A DNA stretch of 64,000 nt from Candidatus Peregrinibacteria bacterium (GCA_963708185.1 OY970195.1:1152001-1216000); one strand, 5' to 3'. Positions 39,436 through 50,099 are shown, numbered from the stretch's first letter. Notes: a model not told the origin generated them from the letters alone. Numbers and translations: made by a program.

Positions 39436-41025
39436 TTATTTGGATTCCGGGCTTTTTTCCGGCGGCTTTTCCAGCAAAATCTCTCGAACCAGTTTGATGG
39501 CTAAGGGTTTGAATTTTTTGACGTCTTCGGGAGAAAGATTTTTATAGGATTCGTTGAGAAGAGTTATACTGTTCTTCATGGTGAGATAAAAACTGTCCGA
39601 GTCCCCCATCTGGTAGGCCCCTCCAAAAGATGAAGCTGAGGTTTCAATAAAATGACTGCTGATGCCGGGAAGCGGAATAGCATCTATCGGCATGTTTTTT
39701 GCATTTTCCCATCCATGGCTTGCGGCTCTAATATCCAGAATTATGACTGCAACTCCCCGCAGGTTGTTGAAAAATATGGCTCCGGGCTCAGTTTTCTCGG
39801 GAATCGCCAATCCCATCCGGTATTTTTTATGGACATTATAAACGTCGCCCAGTGCGTCGAGTTCGAACTGTTTATCTTTTATGTCCAAACTTTTTTGTGA
39901 GTCCAGCGCTTCTTTCAAAACACGCTTCAAGTCTTCGTCCGACACATCCTGGAGTGCTTTTTTCAAAAACCCCGGGGCTATTTTCAGGGCCAACTGTCTC
40001 AAGACTTCCTTCCGGGCCTTGAAGGATTCCCATGGTTTAAAGTCAGGATCAACCAACCTGAAGTAGCTTACGATAAAATTTACGTGCTGAACCGCGGAGA
40101 GTTCATCGGCCTTGAAAGAGTCCATGAGCGTTTTTTTCAGATTCTGTTTCCAGCTTTCAAGATCTTCTCCATCAATCTCCATGGCAACCCTCATCAGTTC
40201 GGCGAAATACTCTTTGAATTTTGAGTATTTTCCGAAATCAACCTCCTTGATCGCCTCGGGATAATCAAAGACGGGATGTCCCTGCTGATGCGATAAAACA
40301 AACAGGCAGTAGAGAAATTCGAGATTCTGGCGCGATGTTACGCCAGCCAGGTAGTTGAAATCTTCCGCGTGTCCGACAACCTCGTGATTGAACGTCTGGA
40401 AAGATTGCAGCATTTTCCATTCATCCTTTCCGTAGTCTTCATCTTCAACCAGGACTTCCCGCTGTTTGCTTTTATACAGACCGTCCGCTTTCAACATGTC
40501 GGGAAGTCCGGGGTAGTATTTTTTATCGTTCGGGTAAGGCTTGATGTACTGGAAAGAAACGGCATTGAGGTTCTTCCGGTTCCTGAGCGGAGCGGGTAAT
40601 TGCCGGATGTATTGCTGTATATAAGCTTGAAACGTTTTTTCGTCGAGTCCGTCGGGCAATCGTCCTTCCACTTTCAAGTCTGCCTGTGAACTGCCCGGGC
40701 TGATGTCCTCTTTTTCACTTCTTTCTTTTCCGTTGTAATTGAGAATCATTTCAAGTTTTCCATCAAAATAGCCGTTCAAGGCTTTATACATTTCGGGGGC
40801 GGGGGGCAGAGGCATGCCCCAGTCCTGTTCCGATCCCCTTTCATTCAAGATGTTTTCCAACTTTCCCAGATTGGCAGCGCAGCTGTTTTGGGTGGCAAGG
40901 AGCGTGGCGAATGAGACCGCTCTGACGATCGCTGAAACTTTGCGGAGTGCCGATGAAACGGTGAGCTGACTGGCATTTCTTTCTACATTTATTTCCGGTT
41001 GTGGAGGAAGGTTCCCGTGCTTCAT
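39436..41025 (-). CDS. Orphan exported protein with zincin-like HExxGH motif
   Basis: Likely start MKHGN at 41025, downstream of TTGACA-N17-TATAAC; hydrophobic segment ending NSC; FNHEVVGH followed by KEYFAE. Confidence 0.65.
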   Translation of the reverse strand: MKHGNLPPQPEINVERNASQLTVSSALRKVSAIVRAVSFATLLATQNSCAANLGKLENILNERGSEQDWGMPLPPAPEMYKALNGYFDGKLEMILNYNGKERSEKEDISPGSSQADLKVEGRLPDGLDEKTFQAYIQQYIRQLPAPLRNRKNLNAVSFQYIKPYPNDKKYYPGLPDMLKADGLYKSKQREVLVEDEDYGKDEWKMLQSFQTFNHEVVGHAEDFNYLAGVTSRQNLEFLYCLFVLSHQQGHPVFDYPEAIKEVDFGKYSKFKEYFAELMRVAMEIDGEDLESWKQNLKKTLMDSFKADELSAVQHVNFIVSYFRLVDPDFKPWESFKARKEVLRQLALKIAPGFLKKALQDVSDEDLKRVLKEALDSQKSLDIKDKQFELDALGDVYNVHKKYRMGLAIPEKTEPGAIFFNNLRGVAVIILDIRAASHGWENAKNMPIDAIPLPGISSHFIETSASSFGGAYQMGDSDSFYLTMKNSITLLNESYKNLSPEDVKKFKPLAIKLVREILLEKPPEKSPESK

Positions 41026-41155
41026 GCGCTGTAAAAGAATGGCCAATGTTATAAGTCTTTTCGCCATATTTGTCAATATTCAATATGGCTTGCCGAAGGC
41101 AAGAGTTTAATTTCTTGAATCTACAGGATGGAAGCGTCAATCGCGCAAGATCCGG

Positions 41156-43129
41156 CTAAGTTTTTGGCAAAACCGCCTGGTCCGATGCCGCAGGCGTTCC
41201 GGCGCCGACTAAAATCTCCGCGCCCGTATTGTCATAGCGGGTAAAAAGCGTCTCTTTTGTTTCTTTGTCGTTTGCCAGGATGTGGCGGTACCAGGTCACG
41301 TCAAAACCGGTGTGGGAGATTTCCACCTGTTTTTTGACGCCGGGAGGCAACGTATTGGTGGTGACGGTTTTTGGGGCTGCGGCCGCGCGGTAATTGCCCT
41401 GGTACGGACCTTCCAGCCAAACCTTGCGGCCGTCGTCGGTGCCGTAGAATTTAAAATAGGCCTGCCCGTCCTCAGTGTAGGACTGGATGACGACCGCGCC
41501 CGGAGAGTTGTTCGTAAACCTTACGTCATGGACGCCGGGATAGATCGTTGCGTCCAGCCCGTACCCCAAAGGTTTCGCATAGTAGGAAACGGCGTAAGAA
41601 TGGTTCGTCCGTTCAAGGATCGGAAACCCGGCAAGAAGCGCCGCCTGATAGATGGTTGAAGATACCTGGCAAAGACCTCCTCCAAAATCCGGCACGGTTC
41701 CCTGGTTGCCCTTAATGACGAGTTCTTCCACGAAACCGTGCTGGCCGTCGACGGGTCCAAGATGGTCGTTGAAGGAAAAATTTTCGCCCGGTTTGATGAG
41801 CAGCCCGTTGTACCTGCTCATGCCCACATTGATGTTTTTGATTCTTCCGGCGTGGGATCCGGCGAAAACCGTGCGGCCAGTCGCGATCAAATTCTTGATG
41901 CCGAGGCTCTGGAGATCATCCGAAACGGTGACTTTGGCCTTTTCTTCAAGGGCGGGGACTTCAAGCTTGTCGACGTTTTTGCTCAACGCAAGATCCAGGC
42001 TGGCCACCAAGCCCTGTGAAGAAACTTTCACGCCGTTTTCCCCTTTACCTTCGATGATGATTTTTTTATCGGCATCGGTGTAGATCTTCACGTCGGAGGT
42101 CGGGTGGTCGATCTTGGCGATGATCTCGTTCTGGAGAAAGTCGTTGATGGCCGCGCCGTCGAGGGACATGCTCGGATTTGATGCCAGCACCACGTTGTCG
42201 TCGGGCTGGTACCCCTGGTCTTCTCCAAGGTCAACCGGCAGGGTGAGGTTGAGGCTTTTGATGGTGACCGTGGGGCTTTCGGTAAAAGTGATGGCGTCGA
42301 GATGTTTTGACGGATCGAACTTCCATTCCTGCCCGTCATAGGTCAGCGCCACGGGAGTTTTGAGAATGGATGCCGCGAGATCTTTTTTCGGTTCAAGTTC
42401 GGCGGCGGTTATAGTGGGCTTTTCGTCAACCAGATCCAGGGCTATTGTCGTTGATTGCAAGCCGCGCATGCTTTGTTTGAGCTGATTCGCGAGCTTGGTT
42501 TTGTCGATCACTTTCCCTTCCGTTTCGGCAAGGATGGTCGGTTTCTTTTTGTCGTCAAAGGTGATGCTGGCGTTTTCGGCGCGAAATTTTTTAAGATCGA
42601 GTTTCTGTTCAATGATGTTCTGAGCTTTTTGAGAATCCAGCGTCATGAAAGGCGCGGCCTGGTGCGGGGTCAATGCGGCGAACGCGAGCGACACGACGGA
42701 ATTCTCGCGAAAATCGTAAGTGGGAAGTTCCATCACGCTCTGCTGCAGCGCGAACTGGACTCCCAAGTCCCGGGGGGCAATCTGGGCGTCAACGTTATTG
42801 ACGCTTACGGTAAGCGGCGTTTTGAGGTAGTTCTCTGCTGCCTGCTGAAGATCCGTCTGGGCATCCTGCGCGTATTCAAATCCGAGCGCCTTATTGCCGA
42901 TACTCACTCCCGGCATCACGCGGCCGGCGAGCAACATGTCGGTTCCGACCAGGGCTCCCGAAAGCACGATGACCCCCGGTACGGCGAAAAGTGCGACTTT
43001 TCCAAAGCCGGTGAGGTCATGTTTCAATCCCGGCGGGATGATCTGCCTTGTAAAATTCCGGACTCTTGACGGAAAGCTCTCTTTTTCTTCAAGAAACTGC
43101 GGAGTTTCCTGCTTTTTTTCCTTCGCCAT
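41156..43129 (-). CDS. VanW-family protein with peptidoglycan-binding repeats (YoaR-like)
   Basis: TM, RIKNI, PGENFSFN, FGGGLCQVSSTIYQA, ERTNHS, GLDATIY, DVRFTNN. Confidence 0.92.
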   Translation of the reverse strand: MAKEKKQETPQFLEEKESFPSRVRNFTRQIIPPGLKHDLTGFGKVALFAVPGVIVLSGALVGTDMLLAGRVMPGVSIGNKALGFEYAQDAQTDLQQAAENYLKTPLTVSVNNVDAQIAPRDLGVQFALQQSVMELPTYDFRENSVVSLAFAALTPHQAAPFMTLDSQKAQNIIEQKLDLKKFRAENASITFDDKKKPTILAETEGKVIDKTKLANQLKQSMRGLQSTTIALDLVDEKPTITAAELEPKKDLAASILKTPVALTYDGQEWKFDPSKHLDAITFTESPTVTIKSLNLTLPVDLGEDQGYQPDDNVVLASNPSMSLDGAAINDFLQNEIIAKIDHPTSDVKIYTDADKKIIIEGKGENGVKVSSQGLVASLDLALSKNVDKLEVPALEEKAKVTVSDDLQSLGIKNLIATGRTVFAGSHAGRIKNINVGMSRYNGLLIKPGENFSFNDHLGPVDGQHGFVEELVIKGNQGTVPDFGGGLCQVSSTIYQAALLAGFPILERTNHSYAVSYYAKPLGYGLDATIYPGVHDVRFTNNSPGAVVIQSYTEDGQAYFKFYGTDDGRKVWLEGPYQGNYRAAAAPKTVTTNTLPPGVKKQVEISHTGFDVTWYRHILANDKETKETLFTRYDNTGAEILVGAGTPAASDQAVLPKT

Positions 43130-43254
43130 GACGGAGGGCCTAAGAACGTAAAAACAGCTTGGGGATTTAGATTATAAACAAAAAATATGCCCGGGGGAAG
43201 GATAAATGCAGGGACGTAAACGTTTTGTCACTGTATGTCAGCCTATTTCCGCAG

Positions 43255-43638
43255 CTAATCAACCTCGTTGGGGATCTTCTTCATGTCTTTATCCTTAACA
43301 ATGCCCTTTTTGACCTTTTTGCTGCGGCCGAACAGGCGGTCTTTGATTCTGGATAGCGCGTTCTTTTTGTGGAGCTCCTCTTCTTCCATGAGGTCCTCGT
43401 CCTTTTCTTTCTTTTCCTTCATTTCGGAAAATTTATCGAGCGATTCCTGTCCTTTCTTGATAAGCTCCTTGCCCTTGCTTGCGATGATTTCACGGGTCTC
43501 TTTGCCCTTATTCGGAGCGATGCTCATCCCGATGACGGAACCCACGGCGCCTCCGACGATGGCTCCCATGATGAGTTTGTCGATCTTGGATTTTTTCTTA
43601 TCTTTTTCCTGTTTTTTCTTTTTTCCAAATCCAAACAT
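43255..43638 (-). CDS. YtxH domain protein
   Basis: GAIVGGAVGSVIGMSIAPNKGKETR. Confidence 0.88.
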   Translation of the reverse strand: MFGFGKKKKQEKDKKKSKIDKLIMGAIVGGAVGSVIGMSIAPNKGKETREIIASKGKELIKKGQESLDKFSEMKEKKEKDEDLMEEEELHKKNALSRIKDRLFGRSKKVKKGIVKDKDMKKIPNEVD

Positions 43639-43649
43639 TGGTTTGCAAG

Positions 43650-44576
43650 TTAGTTGTACTGGATGTAAATCTTGGCACCTCTTAGCAATCTTATCGCACT
43701 TAGGGCCGCATTACAACCGTTGCCGACGCTGGTGGCCATCTGGGGAGGCGATCCAGTGCAGTCTCCGGCCGCAAAAATACCGGGAATGTTGGTTTTTCCG
43801 TCATGGTTGACCCTGATGTAGTTGTTTTCCATTTCGAGACCGAGTTTTTTGGCGAAGGCCGTCGCTCCGGCAACACCCACCGCCATGAATACGCCGTGCG
43901 TTTCTATTTCGGCACCGTCCGAGAGGATAAGTTTTTCGGCCCTGCCGATTCCGGTTATTTCTTTGATGCGGGGCGTTTTCTGGAGCGTAATGTTGTTTTC
44001 TTCAAGATCTTTTTTCATTTCCCTGGAAAATTCGAACTCCTTTCCGTGGCTTAAAATGGTGATGTTTTTGGTGTAATTGAGGAGCTGGAGCGCTTCTTCC
44101 CCGGCATAGTTCCCGTTGCCGATGACGACGACGTTTTTCCCCTTGAAGAAAAATCCGTCACAGACCACGCAATAGGAAACTCCTTTGCCGGTGAGTTCCT
44201 TTTCGTTCTTGATACCGCTGAGTGCGTAGCTCTGGCCCGTGGCGATGATGACGGTTTTGGCGTTGTAAGTGGCTTTCTTGTCGTCTTTCAGATGGAACGT
44301 TCCGTCTTCGTGCATGGATAGATGTACGATTTCGTTCGAGACAAGTTCCGCGCCGAATTTTTTCGCGTGTTCCACGCCTTTTTCGGCAAGGAACGGGCCG
44401 GTCACAGGTTCGGGAAAGCCAAGGTAGTTGGCGATGATGTGTGATTTGTAGAGGTTGCTCTTCTTATAATCACCGAATACGACGGTCTTGAGTTGGGCTC
44501 TTGCCGTGTAGATGGCGGCGCTTAAACCACCCGGGCCGCAACCTATAATGGCGACATCATAGAGAGTCGGTTCCAT
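43650..44576 (-). CDS. trxB: Thioredoxin-disulfide reductase-like flavoprotein
   Basis: IIGCGPGGLSAA, IIATG, GVSYCVVCDG, PGIFAAGD. Confidence 0.88.
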   Translation of the reverse strand: MEPTLYDVAIIGCGPGGLSAAIYTARAQLKTVVFGDYKKSNLYKSHIIANYLGFPEPVTGPFLAEKGVEHAKKFGAELVSNEIVHLSMHEDGTFHLKDDKKATYNAKTVIIATGQSYALSGIKNEKELTGKGVSYCVVCDGFFFKGKNVVVIGNGNYAGEEALQLLNYTKNITILSHGKEFEFSREMKKDLEENNITLQKTPRIKEITGIGRAEKLILSDGAEIETHGVFMAVGVAGATAFAKKLGLEMENNYIRVNHDGKTNIPGIFAAGDCTGSPPQMATSVGNGCNAALSAIRLLRGAKIYIQYN

Positions 44577-44587
44577 GGAATGAGAAA

Positions 44588-46138
44588 TTATTTATTGAAT
44601 TCCTTCTTGGCGTAATCAACGTTTTTGGTTCTGCGGATGACGTTGACTTTGATCTTGCCGGGGTAGGCGACGTTGCCCTGGATATCGCTGGCAATGCTTT
44701 TTGCCAACGGCAGGAGTTGCCCGTCCTTCATCTGCTGGGGATCGACCATGACGCGGACTTCGCGGCCGGCCGAAATGGCGAAGGATTTTGTGACGCCTTC
44801 GTAGGAGTTGGATATTTTTTCGATAGCCTGGATGCGTTCAATATATTTTTCGATGGACTCCTGGCGGGCTCCGGGGCGGCCGGCCGAAATAGCATCGCCG
44901 GCTTTGACCAGAAGGGCTTCGGCAGTACGCTGCGGAACGGCATCATGGTGCGCCCAGGCGGCGTGGATTTCATCCTCGCTGAAGGTATATTTCTCCATGA
45001 TTTCCCTGGTGAGGACATCATGGGAACCTCCGACTTCCTGGTCGATCGCCTTGCCGAGGTCGTGAAAAAATCCGCCGATCTTGCAGGTGAGCATGTCGAG
45101 ATTCAGTTCCCCTCCGAGCATCAGTGTGAAGTATCCGACCTCAAAGGAGTGCTTGAGGATGTTCTGGCCGTAACTTGTGCGGAATTTGAGTCTTCCGATG
45201 ATTTTCATGAACTCTTCAGGGAAATTCCGGTTCTCGAGGCCGAGCATTTTGACGGTCTCCCTTCCGATCTTGACGAGTGTTTTCTCCGTTTCACGCTGGG
45301 CTTCAAGGAATTTTTCCTTCACTTTGTCGGCTGTTGCGGCCCTTTCCTTGAGAATCTTCTTGATCGTTTCCCGGGCGATGTGCCTTCTTACCAGGTCGAA
45401 ACAGGAAACGATGATGGTGTTCGGGGAGTCGTTGAAAATAATGTCCGTCCCCGTAAGTTCTTCCAGCAGAAGAATGTTCTTGGCGAAACGCCCGATGACT
45501 TTTCCCTTTGCGTCGTCGCGGGTAACGCTGATGGCCGTGCTTTTCTTGTCCACGGATGTGGGGGCCGAATAACGCTGAATCACGGAGGTAATGAGGTCTT
45601 TGGCTAACCTCACTTTCTCTTCTTTGAGATAGTCTTCATACTTGTGCATCTTGTCTTCACGTTCAAGTTCAAGGTCGCGGAGGAGTTCGTTAAGGACTTC
45701 GTTTTTCACATCGTCAAACGTACTGTTGGTTTTTGCCAGAAGTTTTTGGGTCAGCTCCTTTTCCAGCGCTTTCATTCCTGCACGGATCGTTTCGACGTTG
45801 GCGACTTCTCCGTCGATGAACTGCTGGACTTCGCTTGTTTTCGCCGACTTCGATTGAAGCTGCTCCTCTTTCGAGACAATAAGCCTCTCCAGTTTTTCAC
45901 ACTGGGTTTTATTCTTTTCTTCGAAATCGAGCATGTACGCATGTATTTCCTGGATGCGCTTTTGGTTGTTCTGCTTGATGTTTTCGGCTTCCTGCCGGCT
46001 TTTTTCCACAAGCCCGTCGGATTTTTGTTTGTAGGCGGCGAGCGTTATGGCTTTTCGCGGCTTCAACAAGACGTATCCGATGCCGAACCCGAGGACGATC
46101 GCCCCCAGTCCGATAATAATGAGCAACATTTGATTCAT
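44588..46138 (-). CDS. rny: Ribonuclease Y
   Basis: TM, coiled coil, KH-like KGKVIG, RTSYGQN, HD motif FHDLGKA, DAISAGRPGAR, AGREVRV, YPGKIKV. Confidence 0.93.
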   Translation of the reverse strand: MNQMLLIIIGLGAIVLGFGIGYVLLKPRKAITLAAYKQKSDGLVEKSRQEAENIKQNNQKRIQEIHAYMLDFEEKNKTQCEKLERLIVSKEEQLQSKSAKTSEVQQFIDGEVANVETIRAGMKALEKELTQKLLAKTNSTFDDVKNEVLNELLRDLELEREDKMHKYEDYLKEEKVRLAKDLITSVIQRYSAPTSVDKKSTAISVTRDDAKGKVIGRFAKNILLLEELTGTDIIFNDSPNTIIVSCFDLVRRHIARETIKKILKERAATADKVKEKFLEAQRETEKTLVKIGRETVKMLGLENRNFPEEFMKIIGRLKFRTSYGQNILKHSFEVGYFTLMLGGELNLDMLTCKIGGFFHDLGKAIDQEVGGSHDVLTREIMEKYTFSEDEIHAAWAHHDAVPQRTAEALLVKAGDAISAGRPGARQESIEKYIERIQAIEKISNSYEGVTKSFAISAGREVRVMVDPQQMKDGQLLPLAKSIASDIQGNVAYPGKIKVNVIRRTKNVDYAKKEFNK

Positions 46139-46190
46139 AGCTTTCCTATTATAAAGGAGAGGTTAGTCTAGCACAAATGCCGAATTCCGG

Positions 46191-47333
46191 CTATTGCCCC
46201 TTTTTTCTCAGCTCCGCAACGAGTGCGGGAAGTGTTTTCAGGACTTTTTCGACATCTTCAGGGGAGTTTTCGCGTCCGAGCGTCATGCGAATACTGCTTT
46301 TGGAGAGATTTTTTTCGATACCGAGGGCCATCAACACATGCGAAGGTTCCAGTGCACCGGACGTGCAGGCCGATCCCGCAGATGCACAGATGCCCTCCAT
46401 GTCGAGCCGTACCAGCAGCGACTCCGCGTCAAGGCCGTCGAAGCTCATGTTGACGTTATTGGGGAGTCGATTGACGGGATCGCCGTTCAGCGAACATCCG
46501 GGAACGTTTTCTTTCAGCCCGGCGATAAGTCTGTCACGGAGTCCGGTGAGCCGCGCCGATTCTTTTCCCCTCATGTTTTCGGCAATCTCGAGTGCTTCGG
46601 CAAAGCCCATGATACCCGGAACGTTCTCCGTCCCGGCGCGCTGGCGGTGTTCCTGCCCTCCTCCATAAAGCAGGGGAACGATTTTTACTTTGTCGCGGAT
46701 GTAAAGAATTCCCGAACCTTTCGGCCCATAGATTTTTCCTCCGTTGAGCGTCATCATGTCGACTCGCAAATCCGCAACGTTGATCGGGAGTGCGCCCGCG
46801 GCCTGGCAGGCATCTGTGTGCAAGAGGATGCCTTTTTGCCGGAGCAGTCCCCCCGTTTCGGCAATATTTTCCACGGTTCCTATTTCGTTGTTGGCATACG
46901 ATATGCTCGCAAAAACCGTTTCGGGAGTTATGGCCTTGCGTAGTTTTTCATGATCAACGTGCCCGTTTTTGTCTATGGGCAAATACGTCACTTTCCAACC
47001 GCGACGTTCAAGTTCCTCCATGGGATTGAGCACGGAATGATGTTCCGCAACCGTCGTTATGAGGTGGTCGCCTTTCTGCTTCAGGGCTTCTGCCGCGCCA
47101 AAAATGGCCCAGTTGTTGGATTCGGTTCCTCCGCCTGTGAAATAAATTTCATCGGGTTTGCATTGTAAAATCCGGGAGACGCGCTTGCGGGCAGCGTCGA
47201 TATCCTGGCGGTTCCTGAGCGCGAACTGGTATACGCTTGAGGGATTCGCAAACCTTTCACTGAAGTAGGGGCGCATGGATTCAAGCACCTTTTGATCTAC
47301 CGGCGTAGCTGCTGCGTGATCAAGATATATCAT
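46191..47333 (-). CDS. iscS: Cysteine desulfurase (IscS/NifS group I)
   Basis: MIYLDHAAATP, GGTESNN, ANNEIG, HTDACQ, KIYGPKG, RAGTEN, SAGSACTS. Confidence 0.93.
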   Translation of the reverse strand: MIYLDHAAATPVDQKVLESMRPYFSERFANPSSVYQFALRNRQDIDAARKRVSRILQCKPDEIYFTGGGTESNNWAIFGAAEALKQKGDHLITTVAEHHSVLNPMEELERRGWKVTYLPIDKNGHVDHEKLRKAITPETVFASISYANNEIGTVENIAETGGLLRQKGILLHTDACQAAGALPINVADLRVDMMTLNGGKIYGPKGSGILYIRDKVKIVPLLYGGGQEHRQRAGTENVPGIMGFAEALEIAENMRGKESARLTGLRDRLIAGLKENVPGCSLNGDPVNRLPNNVNMSFDGLDAESLLVRLDMEGICASAGSACTSGALEPSHVLMALGIEKNLSKSSIRMTLGRENSPEDVEKVLKTLPALVAELRKKGQ

Positions 47334-47334
47334 T

Positions 47335-48042
47335 TTACTGCTGGGTCTGGCCCTGATCCGACGCCTGAGTTTGATCCTGTGTCTGCGGTGAAAGCGCGGT
47401 GACGCTGCCGTCAACTCCCACCTTCTGCATGGTTATGCCCGCCGGGACATCAAAAGCTGTATCGGGAACATCAACGTCAGTTTGAATCGAAGTCGCAACC
47501 GTGTTGTTGCTCAGGCCGAGATCGGGAATACTAATGGTGGTTTTAATGGGAATGTTGTTCCACAGACAGATCTGTCCGAATCCGCCGGTATCGTAAATAT
47601 CGCAGACCTGGCCGGCGACGGTCGAAGTTCCGGTGGACTGAAGCTGTTGGGTCGCTGCTGAATCCGGGGAGAGGCCGACCGCGATTTTCTTCAGGAAGTC
47701 CTGGCGCATTGAAGGGTCCGTTCCCTGGAGTACGTCGTAGAGAGGGTTTTTGGTCATTGTTCCGACTTTTTTATCGAGGTCGATGCTGTAGATGTATTCT
47801 CCGGTGTCGATATAGAGGTTGTCCTGGTTCTCGTCTCCGGTTTGCTTATGGAACACGACATGGGCTTCACGGATGGATTCATCTCCCTTGATCAACACCG
47901 TCGATTTTCCCTCGGTCGTTCCGCTGATGGCATACTCGATTTTCGCAGATTTGAAAGGGTACTGATACAGGCTGTTGTTTTGAGCGCAGCCTGAAATCAC
48001 CAACATGCTTCCGGCAAGGAGAGGAACAATGAATTTTTTCAT
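47335..48042 (-). CDS. Lipoprotein (DUF4412-like)
   Basis: Lipobox ISGC; GTSTVAGQVCDIY, CLWNNIPIK, VPDTAFDVP. Confidence 0.7.
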   Translation of the reverse strand: MKKFIVPLLAGSMLVISGCAQNNSLYQYPFKSAKIEYAISGTTEGKSTVLIKGDESIREAHVVFHKQTGDENQDNLYIDTGEYIYSIDLDKKVGTMTKNPLYDVLQGTDPSMRQDFLKKIAVGLSPDSAATQQLQSTGTSTVAGQVCDIYDTGGFGQICLWNNIPIKTTISIPDLGLSNNTVATSIQTDVDVPDTAFDVPAGITMQKVGVDGSVTALSPQTQDQTQASDQGQTQQ

Positions 48043-48084
48043 TTTAAAAAGGTTTATGAGCCTTATAAGGCTACCACGAGCTGT

Positions 48085-49017
48085 TTACTTATTCAACTCC
48101 TCTTTCTTCTTTTTGATGAGTTCAAATATTTGGGGGAGCACATTTTGGGCGGCTGCTTTTCCCGCCTCAACCCCTTCCTTATAATGATCGAACTCCAGGA
48201 GGGAAATTCCTTCGACCTCCGGGCGAATGATGAGATCCGGTTTTGCCGCTTCGTATCTTGCTTTTTGCGCCTCCGCACGGACGATATCTATGGAGCGCAA
48301 AAGAATATGTAACATAAGAGTAAAGTTCAACTTCAAAATGGCGAGTTTTCCCGGATATAGCTTGAACGCCTCGGGTTTGCGGTAGTACCTTTCCCAGATC
48401 ATCCCCGCTATGTATTGCCTTGAGGTCAAGGCTCCGATCTCAACACCAATGATGATGTCGAGGTTTTTATTCTCCCTTAAAATATTTACCGGGACGTTGT
48501 TGAGCAGACCTCCGTCTACCAAATACCTCCCGTCCAAAAAGTATGGGCTGAAGACCCCCGGGATCGCGGACGAAGCACGGAGCGCCTCCCAGAGTTTGCC
48601 GTCTTTCAACACCACCTCTTCTCCCGACTCGAGGTCCACTGCTACCGCGCTGAAGGGAATTTTTGTCTCCCGGAACGTGCTCTGGCCCACAATATCCTTG
48701 ATGACCCTTTCAACATCTTCACTGCGGATGAGGCTTTCATGGAAAATATGAAAATTACTGATTCTTAAAAACTTACTGTTGTTGAACTCTTCGCTTCTTT
48801 TGAGGATTTCGTCGGGAGTAAGCCCCAGGGCATAACCTGCCCCAACGATTGATCCGGCGCTGGCTCCCGCCACCTCACTGATCTTAATGTCGTTCTCTTC
48901 AAAAACCTTGAGGATGCCGATATGTGCTGAACCCTTGGCGCCGCCGCCGCCAAGCGCGATACCGATTTTCGGCTCTTTAAGAGGCGTCGTTTCTTTCGGG
49001 TTCTCAGGGTTTTCCAT
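48085..49017 (-). CDS. Patatin-like phospholipase
   Basis: LGGGGAKG, GASAG nucleophile elbow, ASSAIPGVF, DGG. Confidence 0.94.
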   Translation of the reverse strand: MENPENPKETTPLKEPKIGIALGGGGAKGSAHIGILKVFEENDIKISEVAGASAGSIVGAGYALGLTPDEILKRSEEFNNSKFLRISNFHIFHESLIRSEDVERVIKDIVGQSTFRETKIPFSAVAVDLESGEEVVLKDGKLWEALRASSAIPGVFSPYFLDGRYLVDGGLLNNVPVNILRENKNLDIIIGVEIGALTSRQYIAGMIWERYYRKPEAFKLYPGKLAILKLNFTLMLHILLRSIDIVRAEAQKARYEAAKPDLIIRPEVEGISLLEFDHYKEGVEAGKAAAQNVLPQIFELIKKKKEELNK

Positions 49018-49048
49018 TACTTTTCAGAAAAAGATGGGTTTTTCAGGT

Positions 49049-50035
49049 CTACTTTTCGGAAGCTTCGGCAATGTATTGAAGTATTTCAGCCGGCGTTTTT
49101 GCGGGGATTTCGACCTTCTTATCAAAACGTTTTTCGGTCAACTGGAAGACCGCACCATCATAAACAACAACAAACTGTTTTTGTCTTTCGGGAAGAGAAA
49201 CCTCCAGGCCATTCCATTCGTCCGTCTGGATAGTCGCAACCCGAAGATGTGCTTTCTGCAGCTCGGTTTTCATGTCTTCAAGTGGTTTCCCTGGAAAGTT
49301 TTCGGTTTGCTTTTTTTCAGATTCAACCGCTCCTTTCCGGGGTTTCAACCTCCCTTTCACGGCATCATAGTTTGCCGCGGCTGCGTAACTTAAAGAAAGC
49401 AGTGAGCTGAGCGTCGCCTCAAGCCCCCCAATCATGATTTGATGTATGTTAAGGGTATAGCTTACTCCCATGGCCTCGTCCTTTTCCCTGTTTTTCTTGA
49501 AAGACGTCTGAAACTTCAACTCAATGTCCTGAGGAACATCGCCACCCCGGTCCATGTGTTCCAGTATTTTTTCCGCTTCCTGGGGTTTTACCTCTTTTCC
49601 CTTTTTCGTAAGACCTTTAAATTCAAAAAGGTGTTCCTGGTTCTCGGCGCTCACAAGGAACCTGTTGTTGTTTTCCAGGGTTTTGACTATTTTCAAAAAA
49701 GCGCGCCCCTCGAGCTCTTCCGCGGCTTTCGGGGAGGATTTTTTGTCTTTTTCCTTTAGTTTTACAGACTCGTCGAGTGCCCTGAGCTCTGTTGGTTTTA
49801 AAACGTTTCTGGTGTTTTTCTCTCCCATCCCCGCAAGTTCAGCCTCCAACCGTTTCGTTTCTTCCTTTGCCTCTTTATCCTGCCCGTTTCTCGCATTTAA
49901 AATGGCTTCTTTATGCTGTTTTTCGTTAAACTTCTTATATCCAAAATCCGACGGCTTGCATGGGGGGCCCTCGTTGTTTTCATTTGTTTCTTGATGATCC
50001 GGCTGTTCAATGATTGAATTTCCTCCCATAAACAT
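49049..50035 (-). CDS. Orphan highly charged hypothetical protein
   Basis: About 328 aa, Lys/Glu-rich, no motif I recognise. Confidence 0.7.
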   Translation of the reverse strand: MFMGGNSIIEQPDHQETNENNEGPPCKPSDFGYKKFNEKQHKEAILNARNGQDKEAKEETKRLEAELAGMGEKNTRNVLKPTELRALDESVKLKEKDKKSSPKAAEELEGRAFLKIVKTLENNNRFLVSAENQEHLFEFKGLTKKGKEVKPQEAEKILEHMDRGGDVPQDIELKFQTSFKKNREKDEAMGVSYTLNIHQIMIGGLEATLSSLLSLSYAAAANYDAVKGRLKPRKGAVESEKKQTENFPGKPLEDMKTELQKAHLRVATIQTDEWNGLEVSLPERQKQFVVVYDGAVFQLTEKRFDKKVEIPAKTPAEILQYIAEASEK

Positions 50036-50099
50036 AGTTTTATTTTTGAACAATTTTTATTTTTAATTTTCTTCTTATTATACCAAAAAACAGCTCTTT

